Part shown: piece by piece, positions 9,350-17,106 of the stretch | Layout: the number at the start of each line of letters is the position of its first letter | Numbering within the stretch: the first letter of the stretch is position 1 | Source of the DNA: a virus | Lineage: Duplodnaviria; Caudoviricetes | Strand: one strand, 5' to 3' | DNA: 32,628 bases | Virus record (IMG/VR): IMGVR_UViG_3300048886_000288 | Coordinates: 1 to 32,628 of that record | Position numbers and translations under genes: made by a program | Notes under the pieces: generated by a model | Seen by the model: the letters and a program-made list of their open reading frames with translations, nothing else | What the model was told of the DNA's origin: nothing | Database searches by the model: none

Positions 9350-9770
9350 TGTTTTCTACCCATTTTTTCGCTGGCTCGGAATAGAGTCCGTAGGTGATCG
9401 CAGTCGCTTGGTTTTCTCCGGCGAACGGGTGAACGCCTTCCTGCTTAAAACCAAGCCCGGTAAGTAATTTACGACAACGTTTGTTTTTCTTAGTCGTGAT
9501 AGCAGACAACCTTTTAACGCCGAGCTGGACAAAGGGATAAGCTAACATTGCCCGAATATTGCCCTGCGTGGCCCAACGTGGGGTCGCTGCAACGAAAGAA
9601 ACTTCGATATCGGCAGAATAACGATAATTGTTGTAGATTGCCACTGCCATAATTTTATCCTCGTCGTCAGCTACCCCGATGGCTGTCAATGGCCGTTGGA
9701 ATGGGCCAATGCCGCTGCGCTCTGCCCACGTCACCAGTTCTTCATCTCGACCGAATACCAAGGTTGTCAA
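9342..9770 (-). CDS. GNAT-fold acetyltransferase-like protein (tail/virion assembly region)
   Basis: PRWAT...YPFVQLGVKRL...KNKRCRKLLTGLGFKQEG matches the GNAT C-terminal motif; probable TTG start at 9770 overlapping the upstream TGA. Confidence 0.75.
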   Translation of the reverse strand: MTTLVFGRDEELVTWAERSGIGPFQRPLTAIGVADDEDKIMAVAIYNNYRYSADIEVSFVAATPRWATQGNIRAMLAYPFVQLGVKRLSAITTKKNKRCRKLLTGLGFKQEGVHPFAGENQATAITYGLYSEPAKKWVENNG

Positions 9771-11308
9771 ATCGCGTTGCCCTGCTGCCACACCATATCG
9801 TAGCTGTTAAATTTTATCGTGATTGACTTTGTAGCGCCGTGGATCGCAGGCGAAGCAGCCTCACCTAGCCCCGTCACAGTCACCCAGTTAGCAACCTGAG
9901 CCTCGCCCGTCCACAAGCCGGTGTCCCATCTTGCGACATCCCAAAGCGCACCAGCAATCGTGGATTCTGTCGGGACTGAAGTCGGAATTGTGTCAGAAAA
10001 GTCTAGGTTCAAATCTATTGCAAAACCCGGCGATCCCGTAGACGTAAAATGCGGGCGGCAAAGCGTGAACAGCTTTTGATTGCCTCGCGCTCCGTAATAC
10101 GAAAACGCGGGCCGTATTTTCCAATCAATATTATTTGAATTGTCGGAAACGCCGGTATCGGCTTTGTAGATTATTCCGCCGTCTTGAGCGCCGAAATACA
10201 GATCACCGTTATAGATCGCCCAACATGCCGCATTTTGGTTAGTGAATCGGCACCACGCGCCAGTTTGCGTGTTTATAACGTACTGGTAAGCAGTCGTTGT
10301 GCTGATCGGGATATTATATAATTGGTACGATCCTTGCGCGTAATGCAGCGATTGCCAACCGAAATTCGTGCCATAATTTCGCGCTGAACTCACAAACTCA
10401 TTTTGAATATTGGTTGACAGCGCCATGCTGGTGCTGCCGACTTGATCAATCGGCAGGAATGTCGTCAGCGATATTGCACCGTCTTGCGTCGTTACGATTA
10501 AATCTGCGCCGACTTTTTCAATGCACCGCCTGCCGATTGGCTTACCGATGCTGAAAACACCAGATAAAACCCAATCTGCTGCCGTGCTGGGATCGTTGCC
10601 CGAGTACAAAATCACTTCACCTTCGGACGTTATCGCAACGAATAAATCATCAGGGCCAGAGCCACCGTCCCTCGTCCATGAGCCGATCGCCATCAAATAG
10701 CCGCCTTTACGACATAGCCCACTCAAATCGAACGTCGAAACCGTGCCAGCTATTGATACAACTGGCAAATAACCAAACGTCAGGCTTTCTTTGAAAACGA
10801 AAAACAACCGCCGCTGATGCGTCGTAACGTGAATAATGTCGGCCGCTGTCACGCTCGAAAGCGTTGGCGTAACAAATGCCGAGCCGTTGTAATAAATTGG
10901 CGCATCTTCCCCATTTACAAAATACAGAAAGTTCCCCCCCGCTGTCCCCATCATCGTGGTTTGCCATCTGGCATTTGTTTTGCCGGTGGCAATGGAGGTC
11001 GAAGCGCCTGCTGCGCTCGAATCATAGATAACACTACCGGCAGCGCTGAGTAACTTGCGCGTTACCGGACCTGCGTATTCCACCAGCGTTTCTACAGCGC
11101 CAGTGCCGTTGCCGGTGCTATGCGATTCGTAGCCGCTACGCACGTCGCAGCTTGTGAGGTTCGGAAATACATTATCGAGCGATACCGCGAAATCTTCGGA
11201 CATATTTGCGAGCGATTCGCGGGCGTTCCAGCCGCGCACAGGCGCAGGAATGCTTACGCTTTGCGATGTTTTAACTCTCTTAGAGTTGTTATTAAGCGGC
11301 TGTAACAT
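9767..11308 (-). CDS. Tail nozzle / packaged-DNA stabilisation protein (tubular protein B-like)
   Basis: 513 aa beta-propeller-like composition (PAPVRGWNAR, RLFF, TGAWCRFT); position downstream of the adaptor. Confidence 0.75.
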   Translation of the reverse strand: MLQPLNNNSKRVKTSQSVSIPAPVRGWNARESLANMSEDFAVSLDNVFPNLTSCDVRSGYESHSTGNGTGAVETLVEYAGPVTRKLLSAAGSVIYDSSAAGASTSIATGKTNARWQTTMMGTAGGNFLYFVNGEDAPIYYNGSAFVTPTLSSVTAADIIHVTTHQRRLFFVFKESLTFGYLPVVSIAGTVSTFDLSGLCRKGGYLMAIGSWTRDGGSGPDDLFVAITSEGEVILYSGNDPSTAADWVLSGVFSIGKPIGRRCIEKVGADLIVTTQDGAISLTTFLPIDQVGSTSMALSTNIQNEFVSSARNYGTNFGWQSLHYAQGSYQLYNIPISTTTAYQYVINTQTGAWCRFTNQNAACWAIYNGDLYFGAQDGGIIYKADTGVSDNSNNIDWKIRPAFSYYGARGNQKLFTLCRPHFTSTGSPGFAIDLNLDFSDTIPTSVPTESTIAGALWDVARWDTGLWTGEAQVANWVTVTGLGEAASPAIHGATKSITIKFNSYDMVWQQGNAI

Positions 11309-12371
11309 TTTGGGATCGGCGGCGAGTCGCTGCGGGGCGCATTAACGCCTGCTGCATTGTTGCTGCGCGTGGGCTTGATTGTTGTGTAAGCTGCGCATAA
11401 TTTCTGCTTGGATCGTAATTAACTATAGGAATATTCGGCGCAATCGGAATGCGCGTTGGGGCGACATAAGGCCGCGCAGCGTTTGCAGTTCCAGCTATCG
11501 GGGTAGTTTCGGTTCGAGCTATTGGGGCTGCTGGAGTCGTGCTTATTGGACTTGCGGTAGTCGCTGTTGGGGTAGAAGCGCCGGGGTATGCCGCAAGATA
11601 GGCGCTTGTTGGAAATTTTCTAAAAGCTATGTCTTGATTTTCCGGCTCGAAAGTTGTGATTTTTGGATTTCCACCCTCACGAAGACTATATTGATCGGGA
11701 CTTAAATTAGCCCCTGAAGACGCTAGAGATTGGTAGCCAGCCATTCCTAGTTTGCCTGCCGTCACTAGAGGTCCGCTATTGGGAAAAGCACCAGCTAGTC
11801 CCGCCGATAGCGCAATATCCTCAATATCCCCCCCTTGTAGCGCGGTGCCGCCACCAGCCATCGCTGCGGCTGCAACAGGGTTGCCAACGAAAATAGCGCC
11901 CACGGATAACGCTAATCCGAATGCGTCTTTGATCCCAAACTTTCGTTTAGGCCGCTGATTTTTCCACTGACTTAATCGCCCCGCATAGTCCATCGCAGCG
12001 AATTTCTGCATGTCGGTCGCTGTGGCCGCATCTATGCCGTTTTCGGCTAGAAACTGCCTCGAATTTCGCGCATACGCAGTGCCTGGATGGTTTTGCTGAT
12101 ATACGTCATATGCGTACCCACCGTCTGCATAAGTTCGCGACATTTGCATCCCCATGCCGGGTATTGTCGGATCGAACCGATGATAGCCATCGGCGTTGTG
12201 ATTTGGATCGTAATTTGGATTGATCCAGCCAACTTCGCCGAATTGCGGCTGATCGCTGGGTGTTTTGAGTCCCATACCGATAGCAGGATTGGGTCTACCA
12301 GCAACGACCGCCTGATTTGCTTGATCGCTGACTGCGGGCGGGATATTTTGGCTAAAGCGTCGAGTACCCAT
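11292..12371 (-). CDS. Hypothetical virion-region protein with a central Gly/Ala hydrophobic segment and a Pro/Thr-rich tail
   Basis: 359-aa ORF; AFGLALSVGAIFVGNPVAAAAMAGGGTAL; same strand and tightly packed with its neighbours. Confidence 0.6.
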   Translation of the reverse strand: MGTRRFSQNIPPAVSDQANQAVVAGRPNPAIGMGLKTPSDQPQFGEVGWINPNYDPNHNADGYHRFDPTIPGMGMQMSRTYADGGYAYDVYQQNHPGTAYARNSRQFLAENGIDAATATDMQKFAAMDYAGRLSQWKNQRPKRKFGIKDAFGLALSVGAIFVGNPVAAAAMAGGGTALQGGDIEDIALSAGLAGAFPNSGPLVTAGKLGMAGYQSLASSGANLSPDQYSLREGGNPKITTFEPENQDIAFRKFPTSAYLAAYPGASTPTATTASPISTTPAAPIARTETTPIAGTANAARPYVAPTRIPIAPNIPIVNYDPSRNYAQLTQQSSPRAATMQQALMRPAATRRRSQNVTAA

Positions 12372-12372
12372 G

Positions 12373-12819
12373 TTAGTAACGATAACGTAAGCCTAGAAAA
12401 TACCTTGCCTCGGCAGGCGACAATTCCAGCGCAATTGCCAGCGCCTCTTTTTTATCGGGCGGCAGCAAATCGATTTCGCCACGAAGGTTGGCTGCTGCGG
12501 GGTCTGACAATGGAAGGCTGGCATCAACATGGAATCGATCATCACCTATTCCAGCATTGACAGCTTGCGGCCCCAATTTGTTAATTTCGACATTGGCGTA
12601 GCCGGACAGATCGTCACCTCTCGCCGCTACGCCAGGAATAAGCATGCCGTTTTGATAGTCAATCGTCGGATTTATGCTGCTTCCTGCACCGAGAGGGATG
12701 CTTAAAGCCGGATCGGCAGTTAAATTATCAACTGAAAAATCATCCGGCAGTCCGTATTTTGCCTTCCTCTCAGCATCGAGCCGATCTAACAACGCCGCGA
12801 TTTCTTCCGCGGTCGGCAC
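12373..12819 (-). CDS. Hypothetical beta-rich protein ending in an OMP-like beta-signal (148 aa)
   Basis: GTG at 12819 just after the adaptor stop (12824); C-terminus RYFLGLRYRY. Confidence 0.6.
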   Translation of the reverse strand: MPTAEEIAALLDRLDAERKAKYGLPDDFSVDNLTADPALSIPLGAGSSINPTIDYQNGMLIPGVAARGDDLSGYANVEINKLGPQAVNAGIGDDRFHVDASLPLSDPAAANLRGEIDLLPPDKKEALAIALELSPAEARYFLGLRYRY

Positions 12820-12823
12820 TACA

Positions 12824-13519
12824 CTACGCCCAGCTTCCTTCAGGGATGTAGACGCCTCGCGTTGGCGTGTAGCCAACCATGTCTAAGATCGGCCTGCCGC
12901 CAGCGCGGGAAGTTTCCGTCGCTAGTTTTTGCTCATATGAGCGATAATCTTCAGAGTAATCAAGGCCGTTCTTTTTTCTGAATCGCCAGATGATGCCCAT
13001 TTCCATCAAATGCTCATCGAGTACCCCGGTATCCGTGTCCGCTGTCCATTTCGACTGATTCGCGCCTGCGGCTGATTGACAGAAGTATGTCGATTGGTAC
13101 TCAAATACCCACGTATTACCAGCACTCGGGGCGGGATACGCATATAACTTGCCGCCGAATATTCGGTAGCTTGCAGATGGTCCCGTCGCAGTCATCGCTT
13201 TCAGCGCTTGCCATTCGATGGGCGATAATGGCCCACGCACTGGTTGCGTTAGCGTTCGATCCCAAAACGTTGAGCTGGTGATATAGCTGAAGCCTGGGGC
13301 GAGAGTTGTCATAACGCCTTGTAATTCAGCGGCCAGCGAAGTGTGCGTGACTTCAAGTTGGGTGGCTGGCCACGAAAATCTGTCTAACAACTCCCGCCCT
13401 TCCGTATTTGCCATCGCTTGCAGTGCGGTTATGTTTTGATCTGTCGAGCCGATCACCGCCGAGGGCTGCGCCAAGCCAATCGTATCGCACACATTTTGAA
13501 CGATAGTCAGCAGGCTCAT
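12824..13519 (-). CDS. Head-tail adaptor (tubular protein A-like)
   Basis: MSLLTIVQNVC start, W-x-x motifs, LYAYPAP, GIIWRFRKKNGLDY; size and position match podophage adaptors. Confidence 0.75.
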   Translation of the reverse strand: MSLLTIVQNVCDTIGLAQPSAVIGSTDQNITALQAMANTEGRELLDRFSWPATQLEVTHTSLAAELQGVMTTLAPGFSYITSSTFWDRTLTQPVRGPLSPIEWQALKAMTATGPSASYRIFGGKLYAYPAPSAGNTWVFEYQSTYFCQSAAGANQSKWTADTDTGVLDEHLMEMGIIWRFRKKNGLDYSEDYRSYEQKLATETSRAGGRPILDMVGYTPTRGVYIPEGSWA

Positions 13520-14142
13520 GCTGCCTCTTTTTTCGGCCTGCCGCGTTTTGCGGGGCGCGACTCTAAGTCATCTTGAAGCTCGGTTATTTGCTCGCTTTGA
13601 GTTTTTACTAGACTTTCCATCGCTTCAATTTTCAGTTCCAGCGCAGAAATTTGCTCTGCGGCTTTATTTGTCCCAGCATTTTCTAAATAGATTTGAGCTT
13701 TTTTCACCAAAGCTAAACCGCCCATACCCAACCGCCGAATACTGTCCGCGTTCGAACTGGCTAAATCTTCGACTGTTTTAATGCCCGCCTCTTGACACGT
13801 TTTCAGTTGCGCGGGGGTGACCCCCGGCCAATGTTTAACGTCGGAGCCATTCACTGGCATTTCTAGTCCTTGCTTCCAAGCCTCATAGGCTTGTATGTAA
13901 TACGGAATTGGACCATCACCGCGCCTGTTGCCATGACGCCACTCGTTGAGTAGCTGCTCTGTGACTACTTTATCAGAAACCAAGGTGCCTTGACTGCCTG
14001 CTGGTGTTAATTTCGCGTACTCAACGTCTTTGAATACCGGCATACCAGCCTCAATCGATGCGTTCCTGTCCTCGTCGGCGCGAAGCTCGAACTCGATATA
14101 ACAGGGCCGTTCTTTGTTGTCGCTCGGCAGAATGTCAACCAT
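13516..14142 (-). CDS. Hypothetical head-region protein with a helix-hairpin-helix-like segment and a coiled coil
   Basis: WPGVTPAQLKTCQEAGIKTVEDLA; C-terminal coiled coil and KRGRPKK. Confidence 0.65.
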   Translation of the reverse strand: MVDILPSDNKERPCYIEFELRADEDRNASIEAGMPVFKDVEYAKLTPAGSQGTLVSDKVVTEQLLNEWRHGNRRGDGPIPYYIQAYEAWKQGLEMPVNGSDVKHWPGVTPAQLKTCQEAGIKTVEDLASSNADSIRRLGMGGLALVKKAQIYLENAGTNKAAEQISALELKIEAMESLVKTQSEQITELQDDLESRPAKRGRPKKEAA

Positions 14143-14159
14143 AAAGGCCTCCGCAGATT

Positions 14160-14193
14160 AAAAAGATGAGCGCCCCGAAAATAGGGCGCTCAC
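14160..14193 (-). terminator. Intrinsic terminator after the capsid and minor-capsid genes
   Basis: Perfect 9-bp inverted repeat tgagcgccc (14167-14175) / gggcgctca (14184-14192), followed on the - strand by CUUUUU. Confidence 0.8.
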
Positions 14194-14214
14194 GATGGGA
14201 CTGCCTGGGCCTAA

Positions 14215-14718
14215 TTAAGCAGCGCTTCCGTCATCCATAAACGGATATTGGATCTCAAACTCGGCAAGGCCGGTCGATGGGGTGTCGATTGCCGATGCAC
14301 CAATAGCCAGCTTCACTCGATCGCCAGAAACAACGGCATCATCAATGCTGCCTGCCGTAGCAGTTGCATAAACGAGTCCGTCATCAGCATAACTGGCGAG
14401 ACACTTGCCGACACCCTTGCCATAAATCTGATACCAGCCGTACTGACTGGCAACATTAATTGACATCGAGATGCCGACCGGCCCGATAGCGTTCGCCGCT
14501 AACAGCGTTGTGGTGTTGTCGTCTTGGCTAAAAGTGACAAACGAGCCGAGTACCGTCGATGCAACGCCCGCAAGATAAATAAACATCCCAGAGCCATAGG
14601 CGGTTGAGGCGACATCGTTCGCTTGAACGATAGTCCCGAGCGGCTGGTTCTGAGTTGTCGAAGTGTCGGCAATGTTTTGCATACCGACAATTGGATTAAC
14701 GATTTGATAGTCAGACAT
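14215..14718 (-). CDS. Minor capsid / decoration (cement) protein (putative)
   Basis: 167-aa small beta-rich protein (QYGWYQIYGK) directly after the major capsid gene and before the terminator. Confidence 0.65.
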   Translation of the reverse strand: MSDYQIVNPIVGMQNIADTSTTQNQPLGTIVQANDVASTAYGSGMFIYLAGVASTVLGSFVTFSQDDNTTTLLAANAIGPVGISMSINVASQYGWYQIYGKGVGKCLASYADDGLVYATATAGSIDDAVVSGDRVKLAIGASAIDTPSTGLAEFEIQYPFMDDGSAA

Positions 14719-14743
14719 GATTTTCTCCTGATCTGATTGCCGG

Positions 14744-15718
14744 TTACGCTACTACGACGCCCTGAAGCGAACGATTGCTCACAGTCATGTTGCCCTGCCA
14801 AATAATCGGCAGAACTTCAGCGTCCTGATTCACCGATGATTTCTCGGGGACTTCCGTCCAATTTGCGTCACGATGAGCGCAAAGGCCGATGTAATCGGTA
14901 TTCAAGAAGTATGCGTGTTGATCAGGCATACCCCCGGCCAACGAGTCATACACCACGTCCGCGCCTTTGTATTTGAGCGAAGTCGTGCCGGTTTTCAGAT
15001 CTGTCGTGTTGGTATAACGCTGAATGCTGGTTTGGCTGTTGTCGAAGAACGTAAAATACGTGTCATCCATTACGATCAGGTCAGGCTGATCATTGTTTCG
15101 CGTCAACTGCAACCACAGCGGGAGCATCAAGCTCTCGATAGTTGTTGCAGATGGCGTGATCGCACCACCGCCCTGAATCGGCGAAGCAGCCGACTGCACC
15201 CCGGACTTCCAAAACGTGTACGTGGAGGAATTGATACCGCCAACCGTTCCCGTTCCGGCGTCAGAGACTAACGCTTGCAAACCGTTGATCTGATTTGCAG
15301 CGGTGCCATCCGAATACATGTCGCTGGAGAAATTATTACCGGCAGTCTTCATGGCGTTTTTCAGCTTGTTTTTAACGAGCTTGATCACGCCGTCCTTACC
15401 GGCATTCTGGCGCACTTCGAGTCCACTCGCGACAACGTTAATCGCAAGCTGTTTCCATGAGAAATTCACAGCGGTGAAGACCTCCGACTGCGCGATGTCC
15501 AGCGTGTCGTAACCGCTGTAGCGCTGGTAAGTGCCGTTTTCCGCATAATCCAACGGGATCTGAATTTCCCAGCCGCCGGAAATGAGATCAACCCGATCCT
15601 TTTCCGTCAGCCGCTGGTGCAAGGCAGTGTGGTTTGAGACGTTATCTGTGACAAACCGATCCTTAAAATGACGATACGTGATCGCCGAGATTTCCGTAAA
15701 GCTACTATTAGCTGGCAT
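14744..15718 (-). CDS. Major capsid protein
   Basis: 324 aa; SGGWEIQIPLDY, RYSGYDTL, YSDGT...QINGLQAL, YFLNTDY motifs; follows the scaffold; AGGTGG RBS. Confidence 0.85.
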   Translation of the reverse strand: MPANSSFTEISAITYRHFKDRFVTDNVSNHTALHQRLTEKDRVDLISGGWEIQIPLDYAENGTYQRYSGYDTLDIAQSEVFTAVNFSWKQLAINVVASGLEVRQNAGKDGVIKLVKNKLKNAMKTAGNNFSSDMYSDGTAANQINGLQALVSDAGTGTVGGINSSTYTFWKSGVQSAASPIQGGGAITPSATTIESLMLPLWLQLTRNNDQPDLIVMDDTYFTFFDNSQTSIQRYTNTTDLKTGTTSLKYKGADVVYDSLAGGMPDQHAYFLNTDYIGLCAHRDANWTEVPEKSSVNQDAEVLPIIWQGNMTVSNRSLQGVVVA

Positions 15719-15736
15719 GGTTTATTCCACCTTTAT

Positions 15737-16762
15737 CTAAGCTGAGATGCGTTCGTCTACGAGCGCTCCGATAAAATCATCCACATTTTTTGAATGAGCG
15801 ACAGTCGGCGGCAATGTGCCAGTCGATTGAATGTTAGTGCCCCCGGCGCGTCGAGCGTTTGCGGCATTTTCTTTTGCCTTGGCGACTCGTTCAGCGTTCG
15901 CCTGCGCTCGGCGATCAATTTCCATCTTGCTCGACACACTTTCGTTGGCCGCTGCGGCCATTTTGTACGCCATGTCAAGATATTGATCGTGCGACAGTCC
16001 GGGTTTACTTTCTTTCAATGTAACGACGATAGGGACCATGTCATCATGGAGTTCCTCATAAAACGGATGCGCTGCCGCAAAATCGTTTATGACGCCGGTA
16101 ACAACTTGGCTTTGCTGCTGTAATTGTTGCTGATTCTGTTGTGCAAGATGATTTTCCTGAGCGGCTAAACGCTGCTGCAAATCAACAATTTGAGGGTCGC
16201 CAGGTTCTACCCCGGCGTTATCTGTTAGGGCAGATAGTGGAATGCCACGGTTGTGGAGCAGATAGCGCGTGAAACTTACCGGATCTCGTTCAGCATAATC
16301 GGACAGGGCAAATAGCTGCGTAAGCGCTGTGCTATCGTCCATGCCGTTCATTGCAAATTGTTGACGCCGGGGCGCGATGGCCTGCTCTAATTTCTCGTAA
16401 AATTTCCTCTGTTCTGCAACTTCCATTGTCTTGCGCGTGTAATCGGCTTCTTGCTCTTTGACGCGATCTGATATCCATTGCTGGCTCTCAGGCGGCAAAG
16501 TATAGAATGCCTCACGATCCTTGGCCGACATAGATTGAGGCGCTGTAGCGGTCTGAGATTCAGGCTCAGCACTCACCTCGTCGGTTTCCGCCGATACTTC
16601 GACGGCTTCATCCTGGGGCGCGGATTCCTCCGCACGATCCCGAATTTCTTCGGCAGGTGATGACTCAATATCGGATGCTTCGGCGACGTCGAATTGCTCG
16701 CCAATAAAATCACCGATAGATGCCTCTACCGGCTCTGCACCAATTATTGCGTCGTCTGCCAT
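15737..16762 (-). CDS. Capsid scaffolding protein
   Basis: ATG at 16762 with AGGTGA RBS; acidic N-terminus, EADYTRKTMEVAEQRK, Q-rich coiled coil; directly upstream of the capsid gene. Confidence 0.8.
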   Translation of the reverse strand: MADDAIIGAEPVEASIGDFIGEQFDVAEASDIESSPAEEIRDRAEESAPQDEAVEVSAETDEVSAEPESQTATAPQSMSAKDREAFYTLPPESQQWISDRVKEQEADYTRKTMEVAEQRKFYEKLEQAIAPRRQQFAMNGMDDSTALTQLFALSDYAERDPVSFTRYLLHNRGIPLSALTDNAGVEPGDPQIVDLQQRLAAQENHLAQQNQQQLQQQSQVVTGVINDFAAAHPFYEELHDDMVPIVVTLKESKPGLSHDQYLDMAYKMAAAANESVSSKMEIDRRAQANAERVAKAKENAANARRAGGTNIQSTGTLPPTVAHSKNVDDFIGALVDERISA

Positions 16763-16781
16763 AATATGATCACCTGTCTTT

Positions 16782-17099
16782 TTACCAATCAATTTCATGG
16801 GCCGCAGCTTCCGCTGCTTTGTCAATCGCTCGATCTAATTCCGCTTCGTAGCGCTGACGACCATACTTCTTGACCTCTTCAAATTCGCCTTTTTCGTGAA
16901 CTCGACACCCATGTTTCTCTAAATTCTGCGCGTGTTCGCGCTTCCCGTCAATAATATTCCCCGTTATTGGGCATTCATACGGCGCATAATCGCCCTGCAC
17001 ATACGGCCCATCGACTCGCTTTTTCCGCGCATGTGTCGCTGTCGAATACCCGGAACGATCCCATGTAATTTTGTCGTAATTGTCTTTGTAAGCGCTCAT
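16782..17099 (-). CDS. Small hypothetical protein between portal and scaffold
   Basis: ATG at 17099; YECPITGNIIDGKREHAQNLEKHGC motif. Confidence 0.65.
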   Translation of the reverse strand: MSAYKDNYDKITWDRSGYSTATHARKKRVDGPYVQGDYAPYECPITGNIIDGKREHAQNLEKHGCRVHEKGEFEEVKKYGRQRYEAELDRAIDKAAEAAAHEIDW

Positions 17100-17106
17100 A
17101 GTCGCA

